Shown: positions 1 to 11,883, counted from the stretch's first letter. The stretch is 64,000 nt of DNA from an uncultured Candidatus Planktophila sp. (GCA_964352385.1 CAYGRU010000004.1:27926-91925), one strand, 5' to 3'. Program-made: numbers and translations. Notes: generated by a model from the letters alone, not told the origin.

Positions 1-662
1 TTCTCGCCATAGCGCATGGTCTGGCGCAGCGTTCCGACGACGGCGCGGCGGCGCGGGGCCTCATCACCGATGGCCGTGGCCATCCAGTTCGATACCGCCG
101 CGTCATAGGCGGCGGTCCGGGCATAGGCGGTCTGCGCAAGGCGTTTGCGAAAGGACAGCGACGGGCCGCCCGCCGCCATCTCCACCAGCACGGCGCTGTA
201 ATCCTCGGCATCGACCACGACGCTGACAAAGGCGTGGTTCTTGGCCGCCGCGCGGATCATCGCCGGGCCGCCGATGTCGATATTCTCGACGCAATCGTCA
301 TATCCGGCACCCGCTGCGACGGTCGCCTCGAACGGGTAAAGATTGACGACCAGCAGGTCGATCGGCGCGATCCGGTGTTCTTCCATCGACGCCAGATGCC
401 CGGCATTGTCGCGCAGTGCCAGCAGGCCACCATGGACGCGGGGATGCAGTGTCTTGACCCGACCATCCATCATTTCGGGAAATCCGGTCAGCTCGGACAC
501 GTCGCGCACCGGCAGGCCTGCATCGCGGATCGCCTTCGCCGTGCCACCGGTGGAGATCAGATCGACACCCTTGTCAGCCAGCGCCGCCGCAAATTCGATC
601 AACCCGGTCTTGTCGGATACGGAAAGCAGGGCGCGCCGGATGGTGATCCGCTGGTCGGTCAT
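1..662 (-). CDS. purH: bifunctional AICAR transformylase / IMP cyclohydrolase PurH, N-terminal part (gene runs off left edge)
   Basis: Hand translation of minus strand from ATG (rc of 660-662, GAGGAG RBS upstream) gives [79 protein letters not shown]..., the conserved PurH N-terminus. Not in ORF track because no stop lies inside the window. Confidence 0.9.
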   Translation of the reverse strand, partial: MTDQRITIRRALLSVSDKTGLIEFAAALADKGVDLISTGGTAKAIRDAGLPVRDVSELTGFPEMMDGRVKTLHPRVHGGLLALRDNAGHLASMEEHRIAPIDLLVVNLYPFEATVAAGAGYDDCVENIDIGGPAMIRAAAKNHAFVSVVVDAEDYSAVLVEMAAGGPSLSFRKRLAQTAYARTAAYDAAVSNWMATAIGDEAPRRRAVVGTLRQTMRYGE

Positions 663-714
663 GGAGGTCTCCTCGTCAGGGCCGGATGTCCCGGCGGTCG
701 GCCCACCCCCCGGA

Positions 715-2406
715 TCAGGAGGGGCGGTCAGCCTCCGCACGGCGGAAGGCCCATTTCACCTGTCCCCTGTAATCGGTCGCGACGGCCCTGACCACAATCT
801 GTTTTGTCGCGCGGGGCGAGATCCGCTTTTCGTCTAGATAGACACTGTCCTCGATCCGCAGATCGCCGCCAAGTTGCCGCATGACCCAAAGGTCACCGGA
901 GGGCGGTTTCAGCCGCACCGCGCCGCCCGCGAGGAAGATATCCGCCTCCACATCCGGGTGCAGGTGAAAGCGGATGGTGAAGGGCACGCCCATCCGGTTT
1001 TCGATTGCGGCAGCCTGTGCGAAGGCGGCGGATGGCCCCGGCCCCTCGGCGATCACCCGGTCGTCGCCGCGCAGATCGCCCCCATCCGCCGAAAGCGAGA
1101 TGCGGCGATGATGCACGAGGCCATGCGTGCGCAGCCAGCCATCATGCGATGCGATCAGGCGCACGCCGCTCGCATCTTCCTCGCGCACGCAGGAGATGTT
1201 TTCGGCCCCGCGCACAAGCTGGTTCGACTGGTTGAACCGGGCGGAGGAAACATTGTCGATGGTCAGGCCGCTATGCGCTGCTGTCGCCCGCGATGCCAGT
1301 TGCCATTCATCGCCGAACCGCGCACCCGCACCGCAATTCACCACCACCGGATAAGACCCGATGGAGGCCTCGAAACAGAACGCGCTGGCATGGGCGGATG
1401 TCGCGGCATGGCCGCTGGCGCGGGTTCCGGCATCGAAGAACACGGTCGTGCGCGCGGTGCCGAGGCGGTGATAGCCCATCGTTTCATATATCCGCGCTGT
1501 GGGGCGTTCACCCCAAGCGGCCAGCGCGCGGTCGATCCGCTCCGGGTCGCCGCCGCCGCCGCCATGAAACCGGGTCAGCGTGCCATCGCCCAGCCGCAGG
1601 GCGCGGATCGCGGCGGCGAGCCGTGCCAGCGCGTCGACATGGGCGGGGGCGGGGGTCAGCCCCGCATCCTCCAGCGATTTCTTCGCCCAGACGAGGATCG
1701 CGAAGATCTCGACCAGATGTTCGGGGTTGCGCGACGGGATGCCGCCGTCGCCTGCAATGCTCCGCTCCGCCTCACGGCCCAGTGCGGTGATCCCGGTGTG
1801 AATGGTCTTGCCGCCCGATCCCTCGATGGCCAGCCCGGCATAGATCAGGCCCGCAGCGGCCTGAAACCGGGGCAATCCTTCGGGTGCCGACGCCCAGCGT
1901 TTGTGGAGGAACCGGGTCTGCCGCCCGATGGCGCGGAAAAAGGCGCGCGACCGTTCCGGCCCGGCCCCGTTCAGCAATGTGGGCGCGTGGCAGATCCAGC
2001 GGGTCAGCCGCCGCCCCGTGATATCGGGCCGCCATCCGGGGCCGGAGCCGCCGCCATAACGCGCCACCCAGTCATGCAGCCAGCCGGTCAGCGCTTTGCG
2101 CGTGGCGGGGTCGGATGTGGCGACCAGATCGTCGAGCCAGTCGAAACCATGCAGCGCATCCTCCCAGGTTGCGGTCGGCGCGACCTGATCGAACGGGTTC
2201 TGCCCCGGTGCCTCCACCATCGCGCCACCGAACAGGAACACGCCCGATGCAAGCCGCCGCGCCGCGGCGGCATTGCCGGTCCACAGCGGCTCTGGGCTGG
2301 TGACGACGGCCAGCGGTGCCGGGCCGAACCGTGACAGGCGCGCAAAAAGACGATCACCCCGTGAGGGGCGCGTCACTGCGGCAGCAGGGCGCGATCTTGG
2401 TTTCAT
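715..2406 (-). CDS. heparinase II/III family protein
   Basis: 563-aa ORF. The HGFDWLDDL...[14 protein letters not shown] region resembles alphaproteobacterial heparinase II/III-like proteins that commonly sit next to purH. The plus-strand ORFs over it are Arg/Pro-rich shadows. Confidence 0.6.
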   Translation of the reverse strand: MKPRSRPAAAVTRPSRGDRLFARLSRFGPAPLAVVTSPEPLWTGNAAAARRLASGVFLFGGAMVEAPGQNPFDQVAPTATWEDALHGFDWLDDLVATSDPATRKALTGWLHDWVARYGGGSGPGWRPDITGRRLTRWICHAPTLLNGAGPERSRAFFRAIGRQTRFLHKRWASAPEGLPRFQAAAGLIYAGLAIEGSGGKTIHTGITALGREAERSIAGDGGIPSRNPEHLVEIFAILVWAKKSLEDAGLTPAPAHVDALARLAAAIRALRLGDGTLTRFHGGGGGDPERIDRALAAWGERPTARIYETMGYHRLGTARTTVFFDAGTRASGHAATSAHASAFCFEASIGSYPVVVNCGAGARFGDEWQLASRATAAHSGLTIDNVSSARFNQSNQLVRGAENISCVREEDASGVRLIASHDGWLRTHGLVHHRRISLSADGGDLRGDDRVIAEGPGPSAAFAQAAAIENRMGVPFTIRFHLHPDVEADIFLAGGAVRLKPPSGDLWVMRQLGGDLRIEDSVYLDEKRISPRATKQIVVRAVATDYRGQVKWAFRRAEADRPS

Positions 2407-2481
2407 CTGGTCCGCTCGATAACCGTGTTTCCGGTTTTGCGCACAGCTTACGCCCGGTGCGGCCCGCTGTCACGCCTTGCC

Positions 2482-3765
2482 TTAGGTCCTTTTCAGGCGC
2501 GCGGCAAAGAACCCGTCCATACCGCCCCGGTCGCCCCAGTTATGCGGCAGGGTCCGCAGATCGCCCAATGACGAGACGAGGCGGCCATCGCTGACGGAAT
2601 CGCGGTGGATCGGGTCGCGCACTGCGTCGCCATTCTGTTCGAGGAAGGCGTCGATCTGGCCCTCCCCCTCCGCCTTGGTCAGCGAACAGACGCAATAGAT
2701 CAGCGTGCCGCCGGGTTTCAGCATCCGCCAGGACCGTTCCAGCAGCCTGCGCTGCAAGGTCAGCCGCGCGGCGACGCCTGCCTCGTCGCGCAGATGAGGC
2801 AGTTCGGGATGGCGGCGCACGGTGCCGGTGGCCGAACAGGGCGCATCGAGCAGGATCAGATCGAACGGCTCCGGTGCCTGCCAGTCGAGCGCATCGGCGA
2901 CCACCAGATGTGCCTTCAGCCCGGTCCGGTCGAGATTCATCTGCACGGTTTCCAGCCGTGCCTCCGACACGTCGAGCGCGGTCACGTCCCAGCCCGCTGC
3001 GGCAAGCTGCATCGTCTTGCCACCCGGTGCCGCGCAAATGTCGAGCGCGCGGCGCGCATCTGGCCCACCGCCCGGCCCGGCCAGCCGCGCCGGGATCGCC
3101 GCCGCCGCATCCTGCACCCACCAGTCGCCCTCGTCATAGCCGGGCATCCCGGACAGGCGGCCCGCACGTTCGATGCGGATCGTGCCATTCGGCAGGGCGA
3201 CACCGCCGAGCCGGTCAGCCCAATCCGCCGCATCGCCGGATTTCAGCGTGAGGTCGAGCGATGGCGGCGCCATATGCGCGGCCATGATCTTTTTCGCCGT
3301 CTCGACGCCCCAGTCGCGGATGATCCCCTTGCGGAACCAGCTTGGCGTTGCTGCATGGGGGATGTCGAGTTCGGCCCAGATCGCCGGTCCCTCCGCCGCC
3401 ACCTTGCGCAGCACAGCATTGGTCAGGCTGGCCATCTTGGCCGTCTTGCGGCGCGATTTTGCGATGGTCACGGCACTGTCAACGACGCCATAAGGGGCCT
3501 CTCCCAGCGCCAGAATCTCGGTTGCGCCAAGGCGCAGCACCGCCTCGATCGGCCCTTTCACCGATCGCTGCATGAACCGCGCGAGCACGATATCCACTGG
3601 CCCGCGCCAGCGCATCACGGCACGGGCGAGTGACAGGGCGCGCGCGCGTTCCTCGCCGATCAGGCCGAAGGGCAGGCCGGCCTCGTCGATCATCGCGCCG
3701 TCTTCCTCCACCGCGTGGATCAGTTTCAGCGCGGCGTGGCGGGCGGCGGTCGGGTCAATAGTCAT
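2482..3765 (-). CDS. rsmB: 16S rRNA (cytosine967-C5)-methyltransferase RsmB/Sun family
   Basis: DICAAPGGKT SAM-binding motif and DAPCSATGTVRRHPE catalytic Cys motif. The longest ORF starts at GTG 3801; I prefer ATG 3765 (MTIDPTAARH...), which avoids overlap with htpX. Confidence 0.8.
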   Translation of the reverse strand: MTIDPTAARHAALKLIHAVEEDGAMIDEAGLPFGLIGEERARALSLARAVMRWRGPVDIVLARFMQRSVKGPIEAVLRLGATEILALGEAPYGVVDSAVTIAKSRRKTAKMASLTNAVLRKVAAEGPAIWAELDIPHAATPSWFRKGIIRDWGVETAKKIMAAHMAPPSLDLTLKSGDAADWADRLGGVALPNGTIRIERAGRLSGMPGYDEGDWWVQDAAAAIPARLAGPGGGPDARRALDICAAPGGKTMQLAAAGWDVTALDVSEARLETVQMNLDRTGLKAHLVVADALDWQAPEPFDLILLDAPCSATGTVRRHPELPHLRDEAGVAARLTLQRRLLERSWRMLKPGGTLIYCVCSLTKAEGEGQIDAFLEQNGDAVRDPIHRDSVSDGRLVSSLGDLRTLPHNWGDRGGMDGFFAARLKRT

Positions 3766-3775
3766 CGGTTCGGGA

Positions 3776-4648
3776 TCAGCCCCACGGGTTGGTCTGCGCA
3801 CGCTGCGGGGACAGGGCGCGTCCCGCCATCTCCTCCAGCGCCGCGATGCGGTTTTCGGGGTTCGGATGGGTGGAGAACAACTTGTCCGCCCCCTGTCCGG
3901 TCAACGGGTTCACGATGAACATATGGGCGGAGGCGGGGTTCCGCTCGGCGCTCGCCATCTCGATCCGCCCGGCAGAGGCGGAAATCTTGCGCAGCGCCGC
4001 CGCAAGCCAGAGCGGGTTTTCGCAAATCTCCGCCCCCATCCGGTCAGCCGCATATTCGCGGGTGCGCGAAATCGTCATCTGCACGAGGCTGGCCGCCAGC
4101 GGCGCGAGGATCATCACCGCAAGCGCGCCGATGAATCCGCCCGCCCCCCGGTTGCCCCGGAAGAACAGCGCGAATTGCGACAGAAATCCGATGGCCCCGG
4201 CGATGGTGGCGCAGATCGTCATGATGAGCGTGTCGCGGTTCTTGATATGCGCCAGTTCATGCGCCATCACGCCGGCCAGTTCTTCCTTCGTCAGCATCCG
4301 CATCAGGCCGGTTGTCGCCGCGACCGCCGCATTTTCGGGATTGCGCCCGGTGGCGAAGGCGTTGGGCTGTTCGGAATGGATGATATAGATTTTCGGCGTC
4401 GGCAGGCCCGCATTCCGCGACAGGCGGTCGACCATGTCATAAAGATCATGCGCGCTGGCGCGGGTCACGGGTTCGGCATTGTGCATCCGCAGGGCCATCT
4501 TGTCGGAATTCCAGAAGGCCCAGCCGTTCATGCCCAGCGCAAAGACGAAGGCCAGCGCCGCGCCACCGGCACCGCCCAGCAGGTAACCGGCGCCCAGAAA
4601 CAGCGCCGTCATTGCAGCCAAAAGGATCGCTGTCTTTGCGTAGTTCAT
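3776..4648 (-). CDS. htpX: zinc metalloprotease HtpX
   Basis: [27 protein letters not shown]-terminus, [10 protein letters not shown] zinc motif (HExxH), four hydrophobic segments, 290 aa. Confidence 0.9.
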   Translation of the reverse strand: MNYAKTAILLAAMTALFLGAGYLLGGAGGAALAFVFALGMNGWAFWNSDKMALRMHNAEPVTRASAHDLYDMVDRLSRNAGLPTPKIYIIHSEQPNAFATGRNPENAAVAATTGLMRMLTKEELAGVMAHELAHIKNRDTLIMTICATIAGAIGFLSQFALFFRGNRGAGGFIGALAVMILAPLAASLVQMTISRTREYAADRMGAEICENPLWLAAALRKISASAGRIEMASAERNPASAHMFIVNPLTGQGADKLFSTHPNPENRIAALEEMAGRALSPQRAQTNPWG

Positions 4649-4689
4649 CGCCTATATCCTATTCGAGGACTGACAAGAGGACAGGATAT

Positions 4690-4878
4690 ATGGCCGACAC
4701 ACCCCGGGATAAAGAGCAAGCGATTGCCGCAGCCGCCGCCCGCGCGATGGCGGAGGCGGAGGCGCGCCGGAAAACCGCCAAGGACCTTGAATTGCCGAAG
4801 GAGGTTGGAGGCCGTGACGGGCTGGAGCCGACGCGGTTCGGCGACTGGGAAAAGGACGGGATCATTTCCGACTTCTGA
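4690..4878 (+). CDS. DUF1674 domain-containing small protein
   Basis: MADTPRDKEQ...ELPKEVGGRDGLEPTRFGDWEKDGIISDF. The C-terminal GG..G.EPTR.GDWE..G...DF signature is typical of DUF1674 (SDHAF4-like). ATG at 4690 lies inside the 4612 ORF. Confidence 0.7.
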   Translation: MADTPRDKEQAIAAAAARAMAEAEARRKTAKDLELPKEVGGRDGLEPTRFGDWEKDGIISDF

Positions 4879-5198
4879 CGCGTTCGCGCCGTCCGCTCAA
4901 CCCGAATGCGACTTTTTGCACTTTCGGATTGTCCGCACTGCCCCGACGTAATGAGGCATATCTGGATGAATTCGAAAGGAAACGCGCATGAACCTCATCG
5001 TTGCCCAATCGTTGATGCCAGTCTCCCGTCGGCTCAACCGTGCCCCGCGCTTGGGCTATCTGCCCACGCTTTCGCTGTTTCGCTGGGTCAGTTGGCGGCG
5101 GCGCTGAACGGGGCACGGGTCTGAGCCTGCATCGGGCTGGCCCCGCCGAAAAAGACTGATACTGTTCCCCCGATCATTTTCGCAGGGGGAGCCGTGAC

Positions 5199-5741
5199 AT
5201 GGCCGCGAGCCGCAAGACCGTCAAAGACTACATCCGCACGATCCCGGACTTTCCCCATGCGGGGATCATGTTTCGGGATGTCACGACGCTGTTCGCTGAC
5301 GCGCGGGGCTTTCGCATGGCCATTGACCTGTTGTTGCACCCCTATGCGGGGGAACGGATCGACCGCGTGGTGGGGCTGGAGGCACGGGGATTCATCCTCG
5401 GCGGCGCGGTGGCGCATCAGCTCTCGGTCGGTTTCACCCCGATCCGCAAGAAGGGCAAGCTACCCGCTAGGACCATCGAACAGTCTTACGTTCTGGAATA
5501 TGGCGAGGCGGTGGTGGAGATCCACGACGATGCCATCCAGCCCGGCGAAAAGGTGCTGCTGGTCGATGACCTGCTCGCGACCGGTGGCACGGCGGAGGCG
5601 GGCGTGAAGCTGATCGAACGCCTCGGCGGAGAGGTCGTGGCCTGTTCGTTCGTGATCGACCTGCCGGAACTGGGCGGGCGGAAGCGGCTTGAGGCGATGG
5701 GGCTGGTTGTGGATGCGTTGTGTGAGTTTGAGGGGGCGTAA
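5199..5741 (+). CDS. apt: adenine phosphoribosyltransferase
   Basis: [20 protein letters not shown] and [20 protein letters not shown]-binding motif, 180 aa, AGGGGGA RBS. Confidence 0.92.
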   Translation: MAASRKTVKDYIRTIPDFPHAGIMFRDVTTLFADARGFRMAIDLLLHPYAGERIDRVVGLEARGFILGGAVAHQLSVGFTPIRKKGKLPARTIEQSYVLEYGEAVVEIHDDAIQPGEKVLLVDDLLATGGTAEAGVKLIERLGGEVVACSFVIDLPELGGRKRLEAMGLVVDALCEFEGA

Positions 5742-5828
5742 CGCTGCTACTCCCCTACAGCCCGGCACTAGAGCTGGAGCGTTTCACGCATGCATTGGCT
5801 CAGGAAACGTCTGGAGAGGAACAGCCTC

Positions 5829-7499
5829 TCAATTCCCCTCCAGCAGCCGCCGCGCAATCACCTGCGCCTGAATCTCAGCCGCCCCTTCGAAGATGTTCAG
5901 AATCCGCGCGTCGCACAGAACCCGGCTGATCGGATATTCCAGCGCAAAGCCGTTCCCGCCGTGAATCTGCAAGCCGTTATCGGCGTTCGACCACGCAATC
6001 CGGGCGGCGAGCAGTTTCGCCATCCCCGCCTCCAGATCGCAGCGCCGGTCCGCGTCTTTTTCGCGGGCGGAGAAATAGGTGATCTGGCGGGCGATCATGA
6101 TTTCCACCGCCATGATGGCCAGCTTGCCATAGACGCGCGGGAAGGCGGCCAGCGGTTTGCCGAACTGCTTGCGGTCCAGCGCGTATTGCAGGGCGTATTC
6201 CATCGCGGATTGCGCCACGCCGACGGCGCGGGCGGCGGTCTGGATGCGGGCGCTTTCGAAGGTCTGCATAAGCTGTTTGAAGCCTTTGCCCTCTTCCCCG
6301 CCCAGCAGGTTTTCCGCCTTTACCTTGAAGCCGTCGAAGCCGATTTCGTATTCCTTCATCCCGCGATAGCCGAGCACCTCTATCTCGCCGCCGGACATGC
6401 CTTCGGCGGGGAAGGGGTTGTCATCGGTGCCGCGCGGTTTTTCTGCGAGGAACATCGACAGGCCACGATAATCGTCGGTGCCCGCATCGGTCCGCGCCAG
6501 CAGGGTCATCACATCGGCGCGGGCGCCGTGGGTGATCCATGTCTTGTTGCCGGTGACGGTGTATTCGTCGCCGTCCTTCACCGCGCGGGTGCGCAAGCTG
6601 CCGAGGTCGGAGCCGGTATTGGGCTCGGTGAAAACGGCGGTCGGCAGAATTTCGGCGCTGGCGAGTTTCGGCAGCCAGTATTGCTTTTGCGCCTCGGTCC
6701 CGCCGCAGAGGATCAGTTCCGCCGCAATCTCCGACCGGGTGCCGAGCGAGCCGACACCGATATAGCCACGCGACAATTCCTCCGACACGACGCACATCGC
6801 CATCTTGTCCATGCCGAATCCGCCATATTCTTCGGGGATCGTCAGGCCGAAGACGCCGAGTTCCGCCATCTCCGTGATGATTTCCAGCGGGATCAATTCG
6901 TCCTTCAGGTGCCATTCATGGGCGAAGGGCAGAACCTTGTCGTCGGCAAAGCGGCGGAATTGTTCGCGCACCATCTCGAATTCTTCGTCGAGCCCGGTCG
7001 CGCCGTAGGACGCCGCGCCCTGCCGATCAATCATCAGACCGACCAGCGCCTTGCGGGCGGCATCGGTGTTGCCGAGCGCGATCAGGCTGTCGATTTCGGG
7101 GGTGCTCAGCATCGCAGGATCGACGCCGATATCGGTCAGGCGGGCGATTTCCCCTTGGCTCATGATAAGGCCACCGCGCAACTGCGCGAGGTATTCCCCG
7201 GCACCGATCTGAAGGATCAGCGCCTCCATATCCCCGAACTTGCCTTCGGCGGACAAGCGTTCTGCCCAGCCGGACATCTGCCGCAGACATTCCACATAGG
7301 TGGCGATCCAGCTCAGGGCATGGGCGGCGTGCTGCTCCGCCTCCAGCGCCGCATTGGAAATCCGCGCACCGGTCGCGACCTTCGCGCGCAGATTGGCGCG
7401 ACCTTCCTCCAGCGCCGCCTCGATCACCGGCAAGGCGGCGTGCAGCAACGCGGGCACATCGAGCGCGGCCGTCGGTTCCGTCAGGGCGGACTGGTTCAT
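5829..7499 (-). CDS. acyl-CoA dehydrogenase family protein (long form, 556 aa)
   Basis: Central and C-terminal ACAD motifs (TEPNTGSDLGSL, GNKTWITHG, IHGGNGFALEYPISRVLCDARILNIFEGAAEIQ) with an N-terminal extension. Confidence 0.85.
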   Translation of the reverse strand: MNQSALTEPTAALDVPALLHAALPVIEAALEEGRANLRAKVATGARISNAALEAEQHAAHALSWIATYVECLRQMSGWAERLSAEGKFGDMEALILQIGAGEYLAQLRGGLIMSQGEIARLTDIGVDPAMLSTPEIDSLIALGNTDAARKALVGLMIDRQGAASYGATGLDEEFEMVREQFRRFADDKVLPFAHEWHLKDELIPLEIITEMAELGVFGLTIPEEYGGFGMDKMAMCVVSEELSRGYIGVGSLGTRSEIAAELILCGGTEAQKQYWLPKLASAEILPTAVFTEPNTGSDLGSLRTRAVKDGDEYTVTGNKTWITHGARADVMTLLARTDAGTDDYRGLSMFLAEKPRGTDDNPFPAEGMSGGEIEVLGYRGMKEYEIGFDGFKVKAENLLGGEEGKGFKQLMQTFESARIQTAARAVGVAQSAMEYALQYALDRKQFGKPLAAFPRVYGKLAIMAVEIMIARQITYFSAREKDADRRCDLEAGMAKLLAARIAWSNADNGLQIHGGNGFALEYPISRVLCDARILNIFEGAAEIQAQVIARRLLEGN

Positions 7500-7656
7500 G
7501 GTGCGGGCCTTTCTTGCGGATCACGATGCTGCATCGCGAAATGGTCTCTTGTGCGATTGCGGGGTAATTATAGTGCCTCTGATGCAGGGTCAACGCACGC
7601 GCAATTATTTAACCAAAAATGTCGCATCCTGATTAGATTATTGCGCACGATTTTCG

Positions 7657-9183
7657 TCAGATGGTGACGGCTGCCCCGTCGCGGCGGTGATCGCCCGCCG
7701 CATCGACAGCGCCTTTTGCATCGCGCGCCACCGCATGGACGCCGCCGAAGAAGAAATTGTCGCCCGGCCAGGCCTGTGCTTCGGGGAAGGCGCGCAGCAG
7801 GTCGGCGCGGTGATCTTCGCGCAGGCGGTCCTCGAAATCGACCTTTGGCTGATCCTTGGGCCGGGCCGGTGCCTCCACATGCAGGCGCGGCGCGGCGATT
7901 GCATGGTCCAGCCGCATGTCACGGTCGATCAGATGCGCCGCCACCAGCGCGAGCGCGGATCGGATGCGGTTGGACCCGCCGGAGCCGAGCATCGCCACCC
8001 GCCCATCCGGCCAGTCAATCGCCATCGGTGCCATCATGGATGACAGCCGCGTATCCGGCACCCATTCGGTGATGTCCGGTCCGACCAGATCCTCCTCACC
8101 CAGCATGTTGTTGGGCATGATGCCGGTGCCGGGCGCGATCAGGCCGCAGCCCTCGCCGTTCGAGAGGGTCAGCGCCGCCCCCATGCCCGTGCTGTCAACG
8201 ACGGAGATATGGGTGGTGCCGCGCGTTGCGGCCTTGCGGTGACCAATATCCTTGCGGAATTGCGCCACGAGGTCGTCGGACAGCAGGCGATCGGTGCTGC
8301 CGAACGGGTCATCGGCGACGCTTGCCGCGATCCGCGCGCGGGTCGTCGCCTCGAAGGCGCGCGCGATGTCGGTCATGCCCGCATCGCGATCCAAGAGACG
8401 GAGCGCAAAGGCGATCAGCGTGCCGCCCATCGCCGGGGCCGGGTTCAGGTGCAGACGTGCCCGCCCACGCGTTGCAACCAGCGGCGCGCGGATCTCCGGC
8501 TGATAGCGACGCAGGTCGAGCGCGGTCAGGTGCCCGCCATCCAGCGTCAGCAGCGCCTGCGCGACCTCGCCCTCATGGATGAACCGGTCGCCTTCGGCGG
8601 CATAGGTTTCCATCACGTCCGAAAGTGCGGGGTTGCGATAGGTCTCACCCGCCTTCAGCAACGCCTCGCCGTTCCCGAAGATGCGCAGCGCGGCGGGCGA
8701 GGCGGTGAAGATCGGGGCCACCACGCCAAGGATCATCGCCTGTATCGGGCTGAGCATCACGCCGTCCCGCGCGGCCCTGATCGCCGGGGCGGCCAGTTCC
8801 GCGAAGGGCATCCGCCCCCTGCGATCATGCGCCATGCGCAGACCGCGCGCGACGCCGGGCACTGCGATGGTCGCCGCACCGATGTGAAAGCGCTGCGTCG
8901 CCTCGCCGAAATCGGCGGAAACCTCACGCAGATCAATTTCGGAATCACGGAGTTTCTTGCGGGGTGTCTGGACGAAGAAATCCAGCAGCGCGGTCTTGCC
9001 GGAGGGATCGCGTGCCATCAGGAACCCGCCGCCGAGCAGGGATGCCAGAACCGGTTCCACCACGCAGGCCATCATCGCCCCGGCGATGGCGGCATCCACC
9101 GCATTGCCCCCGGCGCGCAGCACTTCAGCAGCGGTTTCAGCGGTCAGCTTGTGACCGGCAGCGACGGCGGCGTGTTTCATCAC
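7657..9183 (-). CDS. gamma-glutamyltransferase family protein
   Basis: AVDAAIAGAMMACVVEP N-terminal region and the autoprocessing/nucleophile region TTHISVVDSTGMGAALTLSNGEG. Confidence 0.8.
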   Translation of the reverse strand: MMKHAAVAAGHKLTAETAAEVLRAGGNAVDAAIAGAMMACVVEPVLASLLGGGFLMARDPSGKTALLDFFVQTPRKKLRDSEIDLREVSADFGEATQRFHIGAATIAVPGVARGLRMAHDRRGRMPFAELAAPAIRAARDGVMLSPIQAMILGVVAPIFTASPAALRIFGNGEALLKAGETYRNPALSDVMETYAAEGDRFIHEGEVAQALLTLDGGHLTALDLRRYQPEIRAPLVATRGRARLHLNPAPAMGGTLIAFALRLLDRDAGMTDIARAFEATTRARIAASVADDPFGSTDRLLSDDLVAQFRKDIGHRKAATRGTTHISVVDSTGMGAALTLSNGEGCGLIAPGTGIMPNNMLGEEDLVGPDITEWVPDTRLSSMMAPMAIDWPDGRVAMLGSGGSNRIRSALALVAAHLIDRDMRLDHAIAAPRLHVEAPARPKDQPKVDFEDRLREDHRADLLRAFPEAQAWPGDNFFFGGVHAVARDAKGAVDAAGDHRRDGAAVTI

Positions 9184-9234
9184 CGCCCGCCGATTTGTGA
9201 CAGCAGCGCCCGGAGCCGGGATGCGAAGGCCTGT

Positions 9235-10875
9235 TCAGCGCGCATGCGGCGCAGCGGCCTTCACCTCGTTGGTCACATGCTCCTCGTATTGCGCAAAGTT
9301 CTTGATGAACATGTCGACAAGGCGCTGGGCCTGACGGTCATAGCTGTCGGGCCTGTCCCATGTCCGGCGCGGGTCGAGGATCACATCGGCGACGCCTTCC
9401 ACGGACACCGGCACATCGAAGCCGAAATTCGGGTCCTTGCGGAACTCTGCCTGATTCAGCGATCCGTTCAGGGCTGCGGTCAGCAAGGTGCGTGTCACCC
9501 GGATCGGCATGCGCGACCCGGTGCCGTGCGCGCCGCCGGTCCAGCCGGTATTCACCAGCCAGCAAGTTGACCCATGTTCGGCGATCTTGTCGCGCAGCAG
9601 GGCGCCATACACCTCTGGCCGGCGCGGCATGAACGGCGCGCCGAAGCAGGTGGAGAATGTCGGCGTCGGCTCGGTCACGCCCTTCTCGGTTCCGGCCACT
9701 TTCGAAGTGAAGCCGGACAGGAAATGATACATCGCCTGCGCCGGGGTCAGCCGGGCGATCGGCGGCAGAACACCGAAGGCGTCGCAGGTCAGCATGACGA
9801 CATTCTTGGGGATGCCGCCCCGTGCGGTAGCGGACGCATTGGAGATGTATTCGAGCGGATAGGCGCAGCGCATGTTCTGCGTCAGGCTGTCATCCTCGAA
9901 ATCCAGTTCCTTGGTGATCGGGTCATAGACCATGTTTTCGATCACGGTCGCGAATTTGGTGGTGGTCGCGAAAATCTCCGGCTCCGCCTCGGGCGACAGG
10001 GAAATGGTCTTGGCATAACAGCCGCCTTCGAAATTGAAGGTGCCGGTATCCGACCAGCCATGTTCATCGTCACCGATCAGAATCCGCTCCGGGTCGGCGG
10101 ACAGTGTTGTCTTTCCGGTGCCGGACAGGCCGAAGAACACCGCCGCATCATCGGGATCGCCTGGCGCGTGGTTGGCCGAGCAATGCATCGGCATCACGCC
10201 CTTCGCGGGCAACAGGTAGTTGAGGACGGAAAATACCGATTTCTTGTTCTCGCCGGCATAGGATGTACCGCCGATCAGGATCAGTTTCTGTTCAAAGCTG
10301 ATCGCGATGATCGTCTCGGACCGGCACCCATGCTTTGCGGGGTCTGCCAGAAAGCTGGGGCAGTTCACGACGGTGAATTCGGGGATGAAGGTCGCCAGTT
10401 CTTCAAGATCGGGGCGGCGCAGCAGGTGGCGAATGAACAGGCCGTGCCATGCCAGTTCGGTCACCAGCCGCACGTTGAGGCGATAGGCGGGATCGGCACC
10501 GCCGAACAGGTCCTGCACGAAATATTCACGGCCCGCCATATGGGCGAACATGTCCTTTTTCAGCACCTCGAACGCGGCAGGTGCAAGCGGCGGGTTGTTT
10601 TCCCACCAGATGCTGTCCTTCACAGAAGGTTCGTCAACGACGAACTTGTCCTTCGGGGACCGTCCGGTGTGCTTGCCGGTCGTCGTCAGAAGGACGCCGC
10701 CCTGACCCAGTTCACCTTCACCACGTTCGATTGCCGCCTGCACCAGACCCTCGTTGCGGAGGTTATAGTGAACGGCGGAAAGACCGGAAACGCCGAGGCT
10801 GGCCAAAGGCGCAGCAGGATTGAAAACGCCGGTGCGCTTGTCTGTTTCGGGCTTGTCGATGGTCGTGGTCGCCAT
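9235..10875 (-). CDS. pckA: phosphoenolpyruvate carboxykinase (ATP)
   Basis: [30 protein letters not shown]-loop, IGDDEHGW; 546 aa; sits beside chvIG as in many Alphaproteobacteria. Confidence 0.95.
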   Translation of the reverse strand: MATTTIDKPETDKRTGVFNPAAPLASLGVSGLSAVHYNLRNEGLVQAAIERGEGELGQGGVLLTTTGKHTGRSPKDKFVVDEPSVKDSIWWENNPPLAPAAFEVLKKDMFAHMAGREYFVQDLFGGADPAYRLNVRLVTELAWHGLFIRHLLRRPDLEELATFIPEFTVVNCPSFLADPAKHGCRSETIIAISFEQKLILIGGTSYAGENKKSVFSVLNYLLPAKGVMPMHCSANHAPGDPDDAAVFFGLSGTGKTTLSADPERILIGDDEHGWSDTGTFNFEGGCYAKTISLSPEAEPEIFATTTKFATVIENMVYDPITKELDFEDDSLTQNMRCAYPLEYISNASATARGGIPKNVVMLTCDAFGVLPPIARLTPAQAMYHFLSGFTSKVAGTEKGVTEPTPTFSTCFGAPFMPRRPEVYGALLRDKIAEHGSTCWLVNTGWTGGAHGTGSRMPIRVTRTLLTAALNGSLNQAEFRKDPNFGFDVPVSVEGVADVILDPRRTWDRPDSYDRQAQRLVDMFIKNFAQYEEHVTNEVKAAAPHAR

Positions 10876-11161
10876 GAAGGGACGCTCCTCCTGTGTGCGC
10901 GGATGCCGCGCGGTGTGCCTACACCTTGTTATTGTCCCGCCCGCACCTTCAGGCAGGCCTTTTCAGGGCAGGTGATGGTTTATTGCGATTCGGCACCTAC
11001 CCGAAGGTGTAGGCGCTATATCATGCTCGCCAGCGGAGTTAAGCCCCGAATTCTGGGCCACAATGGCGCAGCTTCGCAGAATGCCGGATTGCAGGATGCG
11101 AAGCCCGCTTATAGACAGGGACAGGGACAGAACAAAACGCCACTGCCCGATGGGGGACATT

Positions 11162-11860
11162 ATGGCTGTAATCGCATTGGTAGACGATGACCGCAACATT
11201 CTGACATCCGTTCAGATGGCGCTGGAAAACGAAGGCTATGAGGTGCGCACATATACGGATGGCGCATCGGCCTTGGCCGCGATGAACCAGTCCCCCCCGG
11301 ACATGGCCGTTCTCGACATCAAGATGCCGCGCATGGACGGGATGGAATTGTTGCGCCGCCTGCGCCAGACATCCGACATGCCGGTGATCTTTCTGACCTC
11401 GAAGGATGAGGAGATCGACGAGGTTCTGGGCCTGCGCATGGGGGCGGATGATTATGTCCGCAAACCGTTCTCGCAGCGCCTGCTGATCGAGCGTATCCGC
11501 GCCGTCCTGCGCCGCCGCGAAGCCCAGGATGAAACCGGCGAGCGGGCGGAGGCCGACAAGGTCCTGCAACGCGGCAAGCTGGTGATGGACCCGCTGCGCC
11601 ATGCCTGCACATGGGAGGGCAAGACTGTCGTTCTGACGGTGACCGAATTCCTGATCCTGCATGCGCTGGCCACAAGGCCCGGATTCGTGAAAAGCCGAGA
11701 TCAGCTTATGGACGCCGCCTATGACGATCAGGTCTATGTCGATGACCGCACGATCGACAGTCACATCAAGCGCGTTCGCAAGAAGTTTCGTGCCGTGGCT
11801 GATGATTTCGCCTCAATTGAGACACTCTATGGCGTAGGATATCGTTACAAGGAGGTCTGA
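11162..11860 (+). CDS. chvI: OmpR-family response regulator ChvI
   Basis: [28 protein letters not shown]...[17 protein letters not shown] receiver domain plus winged-helix output. The upstream part of the 11063 ORF is Arg-rich and unlikely to be coding. Confidence 0.9.
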   Translation: MAVIALVDDDRNILTSVQMALENEGYEVRTYTDGASALAAMNQSPPDMAVLDIKMPRMDGMELLRRLRQTSDMPVIFLTSKDEEIDEVLGLRMGADDYVRKPFSQRLLIERIRAVLRRREAQDETGERAEADKVLQRGKLVMDPLRHACTWEGKTVVLTVTEFLILHALATRPGFVKSRDQLMDAAYDDQVYVDDRTIDSHIKRVRKKFRAVADDFASIETLYGVGYRYKEV

Positions 11861-11883
11861 AGGCGGGCCTTCGACGAGGGCGC

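Noticed and set aside
4988-5107. 39-aa ORF (MNLIVAQSLMPVSRRLNRAPRLGYLPTLSLFRWVSWRRR) with an AAGGAAA RBS in the 320-bp DUF1674-apt spacer
   Set aside because: No motif, very basic composition, and an equally long antisense ORF (4862-5116). The evidence is insufficient to call a gene. It is only worth revisiting if Ribo-seq data exist.
5790-7667. 625-aa plus-strand ORF (similar long ORFs at 9574-11190 +, 21787-23040 -, 26224-27513 -, 28579-29346 -, 30357-31805 -, 32206-33570 -, 43743-44879 +, 47256-48479 +, 51701-53545 +, 53727-55184 -, 57894-58922 -)
   Set aside because: Each lies antisense to a gene with clear family motifs. Each has the Arg/Gly/Pro/His-rich, low-complexity composition typical of shadow ORFs in high-GC DNA. 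None shows a recognisable motif.
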